Of a stretch of 64,000 nucleotides of DNA, positions 14,773-28,062 are shown piece by piece. The translations under genes were made by a program, and so were the position numbers. The stretch covers positions 22,072,001-22,136,000 of the forward strand of contig CM022665.1 in NCBI GenBank assembly GCA_012295275.1, written 5' to 3'. Each line of letters opens with the position of its first letter. The stretch's first letter is position 1. The notes under the pieces are model-generated. The model saw nothing but the letters and a program-made list of their open reading frames with translations, did no database searches and was not told where the DNA came from. This DNA comes from Chrysomallon squamiferum. Its lineage: Eukaryota; Animalia; Mollusca.

Positions 14773-14886
14773 ATTAAAAATAATAAACAGAGAAATGTTT
14801 TCAATCCCTATATCTATCTATCTAGATAAATAGATAGATAGATAAATATGGGGATTGAAAATATTTCTCTATTTATTATTTTTAAT
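14773..14886. repeat. Imperfect palindrome (~114 bp) centred on (TCTA)n/(TAGA)n
   Basis: TTAAAAATAATAAACAGAGAAATGTTTTCAATCCCTATATCTATCTA pairs with TAGATAAATATGGGGATTGAAAATATTTCTCTATTTATTATTTTTAA. Confidence 0.9.
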
Positions 14887-16350
14887 TATAATACACAAAA
14901 TGATAATCGTTTCACTTTCTTAAAGAAAGAAAGAAAAAAAACAATTTATGTAACACACACAATGAAAACATTTGATATGAATCCATAACCATTAATTACA
15001 ATACTAAATTTATCAAATGTTTGTCATTGCCTTACGAATACGTAAAACCAATCTTGTGATTGTTTTATAAACTTGGTTTATTTACATTTAAAAGTAAGTA
15101 GAAGTGCTCTTTTGTCAGAACCTAAGGGCAATTACTCCTTTTAACTGTAATCTTATTAATAAAAAAGTATGTGATATTTTCAGGAAACCTATCAAGAAAC
15201 ATATTTAACAATTTCTGACATATCTGGCTAAACATAGATTCCCACTAGAAAGGTATGTATATTTATCATCTGAAGATGTATATGTAGTATTAGCTGTCGC
15301 AAGAACTAATTGAAACAAAATGAATTTTGGCAAGATTATTACTTAAAAGTGAGAGTTAGGAATCCTTTCAATGGAAATAACTGTTGTACTTAAATGCAGT
15401 GTACACTGTGTGTACACGTCTATGTCTCTGTAAGAATTCATGCATCCATGTTCATATTTAAATACTGGCATGTATTTGCGTATATATGCATGTATGTATG
15501 TACTAATTAGCTTCATCTTAACTCGGTTCTACTGACCTTCCAGATGCTCACATAAAATTGATTATATATTTGCTATATAACATATATCACAGTTTGAATA
15601 TTACATGAGGTATAATAAACACGAGTCAAACGAGCGTGAAACACAAATGTTTTGGTTTTTTTGTTTGTTTCATGTTGCAACATGTGAGTGCATTCGTATT
15701 TTAGACTGTATTATAATAAAATATTGGTTTGTGCTGTCATTCCTAATATGTTTAGGCACAGCAATAGAATGTACAGACAAAGGCAAGTACACTTTTCTGT
15801 TAATAGATCTTGTCTTAGTAATAAATTTTGATGTCATAAAAATAGTGGTTTTTAAACTATTTTAGTGACATTCTTTATCTCAAAATTTCTGTTTACACGC
15901 AACATAATTTCATCATGTTTTTGATCATTTCGTCTAACAAGCCCTTTAGTTTCATTCAGTCGTGGGTGAACCATGAAGTTACAAAGCTCTTCTAATGCGG
16001 AATAATAATAAAAAAGTATAAAAAATTCCTTTTTTCTTTTTTTTTTTTCAGTCCTTTTTCAACCGTCTCTGTTTATTTTTTTTTTTACTTCCTTTTTTAA
16101 AATAAAAATAAAAGAACCCTATGCGCTCAATTTAATAAATCATAATTTATTCATGGAGGGTGATTCGTTGTTTTTTTGTTTTTTTGTGTGTGTTTTTTCT
16201 TTTCTTTTTTTAAGCTGCTGTTCTGGTGAAGACCTTGCAGACGTAACAGTATATATAAAAAAAATAAAACAGAAAGAAACAGAAGTAATATTATTTGTCA
16301 TAAGAACGTACTGCATCCCTATTTTATGTTAGCAATAAATATGTGGAGTG

Positions 16351-16384
<34 letters not shown>

Positions 16385-16850
16385 AATAAAAAAATTTGGC
16401 AGTTTATATTTTGCTTTTATTTCAGTTTTAAATATGATATTAAAATTAAATATAAAATTAATTTAAAATCTTATTAATTACTAAAAAAAACTGGAACATA
16501 ATTACGACAAATATCGTGAGGAGGAATAATGTAAATCTTGTTAGTTTTTTAACTGTCGTCAATAATATAATGTCTTAAATATATTAAGTTTATTTTGAGA
16601 TAATGCTTAAAAACGTTAGCCTGTTTTAGGTAATATAAAATAGGTTAGTAACTTATTAATTTCCGTATCTGGAGGCCTGCAATAGATTTAGATTAAACAT
16701 AAGATTTATTTATAAAAAAAAATTAAATTTCTTTCTTGCTGCACCCCCCTCCCCCAGTAACAAAAATATGAAAACTGTAAAATATTATATCGCGTGTGTT
16801 GTAAGTTACTGAAAATGAAAACGATGATGGTAATAATGATGGATACTTTC

Positions 16851-16972
<122 letters not shown>

Positions 16973-17119
16973 AATAAACTGATGCATTGGAATAAGCTAG
17001 TAATTAATAAGTTTAGTTACTTTTTTTTAGATCAAACGCGAAGTTATTGCATCTGTTTGGATATATATTTTTTATTTTTTTTTTTTCTTTCATTCTTATT
17101 TTATATTCCAGCATAGCTG

Positions 17120-17700
17120 TAGTACAGGGGCGCCCCCTGCATTCAATTGACTTGTCTAATGCGGGAAGATGGCCGACTTTCTCAAGTCAAAAGCAAAACA
17201 TTGGCGCAGCAGTACTGTTAAATCTAAAGGGGTAAAAATACAGATATATAACTAGCAAAATATATTTATATATTTTTTCCCATTATTTTTATGTTTTTGT
17301 ATCATATAGTATACATGTAATACATATCACCAACCACATTGCAACAAATGTGTCGCTATTTCGCAAGTCCCGTTACTCGCGCTAGACTAAGACTAGGCAC
17401 TTCGCACACTCGTTAGCAAATGACAATACTCATTATACTGTCTGTACTCACGGTTAGTACGGGGATTTTAATTATATATATATTTTTGTCTTTCTCTTTA
17501 TTTTTCAATGAACACGAGATTTTAATTTGTGGTTCATGTCTGCAGCGAGCATGATGTGTTTTAACGTATTGTGTTAACTGCACAGGAAATACAATATTCA
17601 TTTTATTTTATGTGAAATGTATGATTTATAGACAGATTTTGGTAAATATATATTTATCAAAAATACGTATTCATATTACATTTTATATCGAAAAAATACC
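17120..17700 (+). promoter_or_regulatory. Candidate BAHD1 promoter (CpG-retaining patch)
   Basis: Local CpG enrichment just before a CpG-poor gene body; CTCF-like GCGCCCCCTGCA (17130-17141), E2F-like GCGGGAA (17161-17167), YY1-like AAGATGGCCG (17166-17175). Confidence 0.6.
17169..17231 (+). CDS. Probable first coding exon of BAHD1-like gene ([21 protein letters not shown])
   Basis: ATG in AAGATGG context inside a CpG-retaining patch; phase-0 donor GGG|GTAAAA at 17232 fits the phase-0 acceptor TTTGCAG|GTT at 20763. No homology support. Confidence 0.55.
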
Positions 17701-20700
17701 ATTCATTCAGTTTTTCAGTATAATCATAGATCATTAAATGATTAAGACATTGTTAAATGTGTGTGTGTGTGTGTGTGGATGAATGTATGTATGTAATATA
17801 ATGTATGTGTATTTATATATATGTATGTATGTATGTATGCCTCTGTGTTTGTGTGGGTATGGATGAGTGTCTGATTTTGTGTACATATGTAAGTATGAGT
17901 GAGTGTGTGTGGATGGATGGATGTCAGCATGTATACCTGTATACATTCACACATACAGAGAAAAATATTCATATACATATTTTTATTTATTTGTTGTATC
18001 TGGACTAGTATGGTAGTATTCCAAAATGTGGTAGCTCTAGCTTGATAAATTAAAAAAGAAAAGAAGAACACCCCCAAACAACTCCCCCAATAACAGTAGA
18101 CTCAAGTAGTTACTATGTTACAATAACTGCTTTTTAACCAAATAGTTCACCCAGAAGTAAATAAAATTATTATTATTATTATATTGTGTGTGTGTGTGAG
18201 TTTCAAGGAATCATATGAAGTGAATACCAAAATTTATTTTATTTACATGTTTTTTCTATACTTAAAGTAGGCATAAAGTTCTAAAGTGTTTTGTTTTTAT
18301 AATAACTGTCATGTAAACTAAAAAAAATAGCCTTAATTTTTCTGTATTAGTTTTCTTTCTTTTTATGATGTTAAAAAACAGGATAAAAATAAGCACTTAG
18401 TAATCAGGTTAAGATATATATTTTTTTCTTACGTAATAAAATGAATTGTGTATGAATAATTCTCAAAGGTGTAAATGATGAAAATTAACCAAAATGGAAG
18501 GAAGTTTCATTGAAGTTGAATGAAATGATATGGAATTTAGGGTGAATGACATTGAAGTAGTTTAAGAAACACTGTAATACAATGTTAAAAAGAGTTCAAA
18601 TGTATGTTGCCACCAAAAAATAATGTATAGTTTCTAAGCAAAAGCTTCAAAAAGCTTAGAAGTTACCTTTTTTTAAATTTTATTTTAAATTTTATTTAAT
18701 TTAATTTTTTTTTTTTAAATTGTATTATGTTGGAGTAGTATTTAAAAAAAGAAAGAAAAAAAGTAAATTATTTCTTTCCATTGTAATACAGATAAAATAG
18801 ATATCTTCACTGTAGCTGTTACTGTAATTGAAACATAACCAGACTGAATATATCAATGTACATGTGTTGACAAACTTATGTAACATACATTTTAGCTGAC
18901 AGGTCATATATTTTTTTTACTACTGTGTGTTATTTCAGACTCACATCAGCTGTGTATTATTTTAGAATAAATAAATAGACCCCCCCCTTAAAAAAAAAAA
19001 AATTCAGATTTCTGTAATTATTAGAATTAGTGGGATGTAGTGTTAAATCAGTGAGTATGTCATTAGTATATCTCTTGAAATATATCTGATTCCAACTAGT
19101 GATTTATGACAGCAGTCAAAGCCTCAGTTCATGTCTACGGAAAGGTTTATATAACATATCTTTTATTGCTAACTGATAATAATAGTTCATGAAGAAAGAG
19201 TGTTTTTTCTGACTGTGAAAAATAAGTACAAGCTCAAAATTATTTAATAAATATGTCTGATAAACAGGTATTCCAAAGTGTCTGGGGTTTTGTTTGGACC
19301 TATTTTTACTGATTCTGAACACTTGATTTGTTCTCTGTTTCATGTCCTGTCTCAGTAAAAACAATAAACTAAATCTGAAATTTTTATCTTTCTGTTTATT
19401 GCACAAATGTTACCTCACATTGCAAAATAAATGTCAGAAGTGCAATGGATAGCTGCCATCTGTGATCATATATTGTGAAAATTTGTCCATACACTGTTAG
19501 AGACAATTGTGCCTCAAAATGGGCTGTTAAAAACTGAGATTTGTTGAAAATGGTTTATGTGGGCATCAAAAAATTAAATATGTTTAAAAAAAAATCATAA
19601 CTTTGGAACTATTTGACTGACATTTCAAATCAGGATAAAAAAAAATTTACAGTTTCTATTTCTCAAAAAGAAAATCACTTTGGAGTACCTGTAATAAAAT
19701 AATAAATCCCTAATGCAAATCTCTATTGACTGTTATCTTTTAAATGTATCACATCTGTGGAGTTTTCCTCTTATCAGATCCTATTTTTGTGTTTTAAAAT
19801 TAATTTCTGTCCTTGATCAGATGCATTTTTGTATGTCCTTTCAGTTCTGAGTCATTTCTCTCAAATACAGAAACCTGTTTTGTTAATGCAGCTTTTCTGA
19901 TTTTCTAACACACTTTTTTTTATTTTTTTGAAATAAACAATCATTTAGACATCTTAAGTAATATTAAAGAAAACAGCTTCATTTTGTAATGTTAAAGTTA
20001 ACAATTAGCTTCATTTTATCTGAGTTAGATGATGGTGCATGAATATCTGACTAAATAATAACAAACATGTAATTCAATGACTTCTAACTAATTAATATAA
20101 TCAGTTGACCTTTTCTTATTCAATTATGAAGTTAGTGTAGAAAGTTTTAGATAAGGTGTAACTTTACATTTCTCACATTGTTTCATTAATATTAATCAGC
20201 TGATGTTGCTATCCTTGGGACTGTTTTTTAATTGTGTTTTTTTGTTTGACTTGTGTTTGATGATGTTGACTGCCTTGGTGCTAGCAGGTGGATAGATCTC
20301 CAAGATAATCTTAATCTGATGTGATAGACATAAATAATTATTATCCATATTTCACTTGATGACATTAGATGTCAAAACACAACAACTGCTTGTATTAATT
20401 ATGTGATTTGGAATCATGGAAAAAATAGTTACTCTTCTAACCATAAAAAGCCAACTGTTATGTTGTTTCTGTTTATCATATAATGTCATTTTCATTTGCT
20501 CATTTTAATTGATGAGACATAACACTAACCTTTTTTTATCTACTAGTTATCTAAATAAAGTTTCATATTTTTATAAAAGTTTTTAAATCATATATTTCAA
20601 AACCCTATTCAAACTTCTTTCTTCTTTCTTCTTTCTAGGCTAGCATGTTACTGGCAAATTAAAATTTTGTGTCTATTCATTTTTTTTTTTTTAATCATTT

Positions 20701-23700
20701 ACTTAATATTTATTTAATTCTTTCACATATTTTGTTTATTTTTCTCTTTTTGAGGTTTGCAGGTTTTCAGACAGAACAACTACAAGACATCACACAATAT
20801 AGGCTCAAGAAAAGCTTCTGAAAGATGCATTTCCTACAGTGACACTTTCCCTGTTTACAAATCACTGCTGGCGTTCTTCCAGGACCAAGATATGAAATCA
20901 CCATCAGTAGGCAAATCTGTTTCGAAGGAAAGTCATGAACAGAATGATTCTAAAAGTCTACCAGCAAAAAAGAAAATACAAGCCAAAGACTTCATTAACA
21001 ACAGCAATATATGCTGTTTTGTAAAATTATCACGATCAAAAAATGATTCCACAATTTCAACTTCTAAGCCAAAATTAAAAGACCTGTCTTGCAAAGTAGA
21101 CTGCTTACCCGATTCCATCAAATCTACATTTCCCAAGCTGCTAAATAAAAATGAGAAGTGTAAGAAACAGGTGTCTGAAGAAAAGGATTTGGTAAATAAC
21201 AAACACAATAGTCCTGGTAATTCTAATGGTGTTAGTACCAAATCTAAAAATAAAATAAAATCTATAGAGAGGAAGATGTGTGTAAAAAGAAAGCTTGAAG
21301 TACTCTCCTGTAAATTGGAAGAAAACAACAATGTAATCACCAATACAAAATCCAAAACAGCACCTAAGATTATGAGATCAAAAAATGTCAAAAACAATAA
21401 AGGTAAATCAAAGATAGATAATGCAATTATTCCTAGAAAAAGGAAAAAGCGCGAAGCAAGTCTGAATGCATCTGCTTTAGTGAACATATATTTTGAAAAG
21501 GAACCTACCTCTCCCAAAAAGCTTAAACTAAGTCCAAGTGATTCAAGAAATGGTTCTGAGAGTAAAACCGTTAACAAGGCTGATGAAGACAAAGTGGACA
21601 ATGACAAGAACATTGCAACAGAAAAAAGTAACAAGAAACAGTCTAAGAAAGTCAACACGGCCAAAGAGAAGAGTAACAACAAAACATTGAAGGAAATTAA
21701 TGTCAAAAAGAAATCTACAACAAAAGAAAAAATAAATGGTTTAAAAACAAAACAAACCACGTTGAAGGAAAATATTTTAAGTGTGCCAAAAAATGATACA
21801 AAGAAGACAAAAACTAGCAAGTGTTTTGAGTTTAAGAAAGTAAAAGAGAAACTAAATGGAATCAGAAAGCCAAAAAATCGTATGGCTAGCCTTAATGCAC
21901 AAGCCCTGATGGCTGCTACAAAGTATTTAAAGCCTAACACTGAACGTGCAGCAAGAACTGATCGTTTCTGTTTGTCCTGGGTCAGGCAGCCATTTTCAGC
22001 AAATCATTACCAGAGTACTGCTCGCTGGGTTGAAGGCTGGGGAAACACTTGTTGTACAGTGGCAGCTCCAGTGAATCCAGAAACGACTTTGCACGTCTCT
22101 AGACAAGAGCAGCAACTATATGAAGACAGAAAGACATCTACAGTATCAATGCAAATCACTCCTCATCTCTCTCATAATCTGAGCAGTGTTCCACATTATG
22201 AAGCTCCTGCTCTTTCCCAGATGGAACAAACACAGGTCATTCACAGAGAAACATTACAGAAAATCACTCATTTAGACCAAGAAATTCCATCAGATGATCG
22301 CCCATCCAGTGTTGTAGATGTTGTTGGTGCTCACACACCAATGAAACCAGTGGCTAGGACATCACTTTGTATGAATCCCTTGTTCAGACAAAACTCTGCC
22401 TGTGTACCTCCATGCACAGGTTATTGTTGTACGTCAACTGACAGATACATATCAGGCCAGTATCAGTCAATAACTCTAGGTGGTATTGGCAGTCTCAACA
22501 CAGTGCAGATGATGACATATCCACAACCACCGTACAGAAGTGCATTTAGTGTTCCTTATGCACATACTGGCTTGCAGTCCTTTGGTAAGTTTTAGCTTCA
22601 GTTCTTTTTCATTATTTATAAATGTCTTTTTTCCATTCTCAAATTTTAAATTAAAATCTCAATCATCTGCTTTTTTATTTTTTTATTTTTATAATTGAAT
22701 TATTATATATTTGCTGAAGGCTTATTGACATTATGGCATTTTAAGCATAGTACTAGAAATTTCATTTAATTCTGATGTAATTAGATAAAAGTAGAATAAT
22801 TTATTGAGTACCGATTAATGTTACTCAAAACATTTATTAACTATGTTTTGTTTTTATAAATTTTTATTTTATTATAGGATTTTATCCAAGAAGCTTTTAC
22901 CAGGCCAACCCTTCTTCATTAATGCAGCCACCAATTCATAACATGAACCCCTGTTTACTGCCTCATCATGTACCAGTACAGGTGCCACACGCACAGATCA
23001 AAGTCCTCATTCACAACCCTGACAAATCCCATGATTGTGCTTTCTCTGACACATTAAAAACAGAAGTAAAAGGCATTGTTTCCAATTCCTTGTGTAATGG
23101 AAAAGGAAAAAAAGGGTCATCTGAAGGTAAATGTAAGGGCACATTGAAACAGAAGAAGAAAACAGAAAGAAAAACTGTCAAGACAAAAGTTATGGTTGAT
23201 CGTCCTCACAAAGATATTGTTCTGCAGCAGTCAGAAAGTTCCTGTCATGGGTGGTCGTGGAAAGGAGAAGCTGAGTGGAAACTAGTACAAAATATTGTAC
23301 GGTTCATGCTTTCTGTGTTTTTTTTTTGTATGAATGTGTATTTATATCTCTAGAACATTTTAAGATTTTTCTAATGCTGATAATATGATAATTTTCTAAA
23401 TTTTAATTTTGTTTACTAATGATGTTAACATGTATATTTTATAAAAGTTTAATATTAATAGACTGATAGTTATTATGTGTTTTTTTAATAATTATTTAAT
23501 AAACTGAAATAATAGGATAGTGTCCTTTCTAGCTTACTAAGAAAGGTTTGACCCAACACACCAAGACGATCTTTCTGAAAGTAGTACATGTAAACAAACA
23601 TAAACAAACTCAACACTTTAAAGATAAAATGATCTTCATTTAGCAGGTAGATGGTCCACCTGTAAGAAGAAAATGTTACTCTGCTATCTGTCACACTGAT

Positions 23701-25216
23701 GGAGATGTTATACATATCCGAGATTGTGTTCTGCTTCGTTCTGGACCAAGAAAAACTGACATTCCTTTTGTTGCCAAAGTGGGGGCCTTCTGGGAACACC
23801 CAGATGATGGTAAATTATATGATTATACTCTTGTTCTAGATGCATTTGTTTCAGTCTTCACATAATGAAAAAACTGACTGAACAAATGGATTGTAATAAA
23901 TTAAAAAAAAAATAATAATAATAACACTATGCATTTAAATATTTTGTTTTGAAAAAAATTTAATAAAATTAACTGTTATATATTCAGATTAGTTTTAAGA
24001 ATGACCACTGAATGTCATTAATTAATCAACCAATCAATCAATCAGTTATTGGCTTTAATAATCTATTTTCTGATCCATCCTGTTCTACATTTAGGGGCAT
24101 TTCTTACACAGATAAAAGACTAAATATTTAAATTCTTTTGTTTACAGTTAAGATAACAAGTTTAAAAAAGCAAATCTGTAGTTTTTAATTCTGACTACTA
24201 TGATCAGCACTAGTATTTTCTGTGATCCACTAGTTACAGTGCTTCAGAAAAATATTCTCTTGAACCTTATAATAAATCATATTAATTGAGATGTGTATTA
24301 TTCAGAAGAGTAATCAAATCAATATACTTTGCAGGAGAGATGATGATGAGTTTATTATGGTACTACAGACCGGAACATACAGAAATGGGAAGACAGCCAC
24401 ACAACCAAGATCAGGAGATCTTTGCATCTAAACACAGAGATGAAAACAGTGTTGCCTGCATAGAGGACAAGGCCTATGTCCTAACAAGTGGTGAATATGC
24501 AAGGTATGTATTTTAGTAATACTTGGTTAACTTTAAACAAAGCAAGAGAGAAATGTTGAAATCTTTACTGTTAGCAGTTTGCAGCTATATTTGTTAATTA
24601 AATCATGTGTATTACCTAATTAAAACAAATATATATTATAATTAAACCAGGTTATGTGTTGATTAAACTAGGCACATTTTTAAAAATTAAACCAGCTGTT
24701 ACCTAACTAAATCAAATACATATTAGTTAATTAAGCTTGCTTTATTTGTTAATTAAACTAAGTATATTTCTTAATTAAAACAGACATATTTGAAATATTA
24801 ATTAGGTTTTTAAATAATCACATTTTTGTTTTTTTTAAATACATGTTTCAGAATTAATGATAGATTTGACTGGATTTGATACTAAATATAATTTACATTT
24901 ACATATATTCATTCCCTGTTAATTTTATTTATTTATTTATTTATTTAATTATATATGTATTTACTTACATACTTATTGTCTTCATTAAATGCACACTTAC
25001 ATACTTACTTATTGTGATTTTATTTGAAGATACAAAGCTGAAATGTGTCGTGTAAAACAAGGGGCATGCTATCGTAAGAAAGTGGTTCCAGACATGGACA
25101 GCAGATCAGCACTGTGCGACAGACTCATTTCGTCAGATGTTGATCCCTCAAACGTGTTCCTCTGTCACCAGGTGTACGACTTCAGACAGAAAAGAATATT
25201 GAAGAATCCATCCTAA
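17169..25216 (+). CDS. BAHD1: BAH-domain heterochromatin protein, BAHD1 orthologue (~940 aa, 6 coding exons)
   Basis: Exons 17169-17231 (tentative), 20763-22584, 22878-23296, 23647-23809, 24335-24503, 25030-25216; GT-AG boundaries, phases consistent. The C-terminal part reads HGWSWKGE...[48 protein letters not shown]...[24 protein letters not shown]...[20 protein letters not shown], closely matching the BAHD1 BAH domain and C-terminus as I recall them. Long Lys-rich low-complexity N-terminus. Confidence 0.92.
24585..24810. repeat. Decayed ~22-bp tandem repeat with TAATTAAA core
   Basis: About 10 periodic ATATTTGTTAATTAAAAC-like units in the last BAHD1 intron. Confidence 0.65.
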
Positions 25217-26480
25217 ACCTATTTTTACAGTATTTCCAAGTGCAATAATGATTTTAATGTACATAGTGTTTAAGTTAACTTCAGCAAGTTAAGTTACTAT
25301 TTTAATGTTTCAGCCTGTTGTGAGTTACACCATTTATGAATTTGACATTTCATTGTTCATTATATTATCATTTGAATGTTACACACCACATATCGTGCTC
25401 TAGATCATAATAATTAATTTTAATTTTTGGGCGTGCTAGTTTATTAATTAGTTCTGCCCCTTGATTTGTAAGAAATATGTCATCTGTGATGGCTTCCAAT
25501 GCACATTAATCTAATTCTGAGATTCCTTCTCTGTGTGCAGTTTTTCTTTATTTCACCTGTATCCCTGTACCAGTTTTATTTAATCTTTTACCTTCCATTT
25601 CATCTTGTGATTTTGAGAGAACCTGTAATATTTTCTGGGTTTGATGTTAAACACTGTTTTTAAATTAATGATTTTTAAATAACACATTTTACGTTTCTGT
25701 TAAAAGATTATTGCTTAAGTAGTTTTCCATGATTGATAGTTATCCAAAGACACCACAGTGTTGGTTTTATGGTGGTTATTTATCAAACCCAGAATGCACA
25801 CTGAAGGTTTATACTGGCCCTTGAATTTTTAACATGCCTGTTGCAAAGCTTTTCTTAATATATAATTGTGCACAGAGCTACTTTAGATGTGATACAAGAT
25901 TATATTAATCTGTAGCTTCAAGTATTATTTTAAATGACTGTAAATGAATTTAGATCATTTAGGCCATGTAACGAATTGTAAGAATAATTCCCTTTAAACC
26001 ATGTGAGGTTTATAATTACTTCCAACTAACTGCATAATATTGCAGCATTTAGGGAACCTCAAGAATACACTATTTGCAGCTCCAAGCTTTTTTTTTTTAA
26101 ATTCATTCATTTTTAATTGAATTGATTGTTACTCAGTCTTTGAAAATAATTTTAAATATAATTTTGATATTTGATATCAGACATTGACAGCTCTTATGCT
26201 AAATGCTGGTGATTTTCTGCCACAAACACTACTATTAATTATATCAGTGTCACTTAGAATTTACTTACAGAAGTCAAAAATATTCAGTAAATATACGAGC
26301 AGTTTTAAAACATGACCCTTTATTAATATTATTTTGATAAGGAGTCAGTGGATTATTTTGTAAGTAGAAACTACAACTTAATGACCATCTTATGCAAAAT
26401 TTATATACATTTTCAGAAGAAGCAAGTGTAATATAATTATCACTGTATCCACAGTGAAGGGTTTATATGTTTGTTTGTGT

Positions 26481-26512
<32 letters not shown>

Positions 26513-27164
26513 AGTGTGTGCATGCACACAACCTGATGTATGTTCCCTTTTTTGCTGATCCATCTGTTTCTTCATAATAAAAAAATTCATTTCATTTTGA
26601 ACAATACATTCACCACAAAGATGCATATGCCCTTTTTTCTGAAATTCAGAAGAGTGATTCCAAACTATTTGTCAAACACTGTTCCATTTTTTTAACATTT
26701 AGATTCTGATGTTACACTTGCCTCTTACAACACAGCATTCTTGGTACAGAATAGTTTATCTCGATAGGAGATGAATCTAGTTGTTACCACTTGTGATATT
26801 CATATAGCTGTTATCCTTGCACTTGATGCCTGTATATATACTAGTATATATATATATATATATTTATTAATATGTATTATTGCTGACTATTATATAATCA
26901 ACTTCAAATTATTGTTTTTGTTGTAAAGATGTGATATTGGCAGAATATTGATGGTATTGCCTGCAGTGATGTGATATTGGGGAAAAAATATGTAACTATA
27001 TGTAACTATTATATATATATATGAGAAAATGATAATACTAATATCATTTTGTTCACATTAAATGTAGCAAAATAAAACTGAAAAGCACTAGTCAGTCTCC
27101 CATCTGATCTTTCTGTGCCTCTTCCCTCATTGTTTCAGTTCCTTGCTCACCCTTGCTTCATCTT

Positions 27165-27830
27165 TTAGTTCTTCATTCACTCTTCCCCTTACCCTGTCAG
27201 TTCTTCACTCTTCCCCTTACCCTGTCAGTTCTTCATTCACTCTTCCCCTTACCCTGTCAGTTCTTCACTCTTCATACCCTTTTCATTCCCTTCCCCTTAC
27301 CCTGTCAGTTCTTCTTCACTCTTCCCCTTACCCTGTCAGTTCTTCATTCACTCTTCCCCTTACCCTGTCAGTTCTTCACTCTTCCCCTTACCCTGTCAGT
27401 TCTTCATTCACTCTTCCCCTTACCCTGTCAGTTCTTCATTCACTCTTCCCCTTACCCTGTCAGTTCTTCATTCACTCTTCCCCTTACCCTGTCAGTTCTT
27501 CATTCACTCTTCCCCTTACCCTGTCAGTTCTTCATTCACTCTTCCCCTTACCCTGTCAGTTCTTCAATTCTTCCCCACCCTGTCAGTTCTTTAATCACTC
27601 TTCCCCTTACCCTGTCAGTTCTTCATTCACTCTTCCCCTTACCCTGTCAGTTCTTCATTCACTCTTCCCCTTACCCTGTCAGTTCTTTAATCACTCTTCC
27701 CCTTACCCTGTCAGTTCTTCATTCACTCTTCCCCTTACCCTGTCAGTTCTTCAATCATTCTTCCCCTTACCCTGTCAGTTCTTCATTCATTCTTCCCCTT
27801 ACCCTGTCAGTTCTTCATTCACTCTTACTT
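27165..27830. repeat. Minisatellite, 32-bp unit TTCTTCATTCACTCTTCCCCTTACCCTGTCAG (28-bp variants), about 21 copies
   Basis: Directly visible near-identical tandem units. Confidence 0.97.
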
Positions 27831-28062
27831 CTTTATTCACTCTTACTGTAACTTTTCAGTTCTTCACTCTTTATTCACTTTCTTCTTCCATTAATTGTAA
27901 AATAAGCAACATTATTAACAAATGTTTTTTTTTTTACTTCTTTGTAAGAAGTGCTAATTTCCTTTTAACACATTATGTGCAATCACATTAAGAAATAATT
28001 TTAAGTGACTAGTGATTTTTTTAAAACTTGTTTTAACATCATTACTCCCATGTATTTTAGTA

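Noticed and set aside
15030-15330. Fragments resembling common mollusc dispersed repeats (also ~13680-13745, ~19440-19620, ~36500-36730, ~44070-44125, ~53430-53780, ~62170)
   Set aside because: Probably decayed transposable elements, but boundaries and family cannot be supported from this window alone.
20255-20325. TGATGA...CTGA, possible C/D snoRNA in BAHD1 intron 1
   Set aside because: No terminal stem and no recognisable rRNA-complementary guide.
20933-21940. 335-aa minus-strand ORF rich in Phe/Leu
   Set aside because: Antisense shadow of the Lys/Asn-rich BAHD1 exon; no independent features.
23485-23799. 104-aa minus-strand ORF
   Set aside because: Antisense to BAHD1 exon 4 and its intron.
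27143-27991. 282-aa and 232-aa repetitive ORFs; superficial CRISPR-like look
   Set aside because: Translation of a stop-poor minisatellite; no unique spacers, no cas genes, eukaryotic context.
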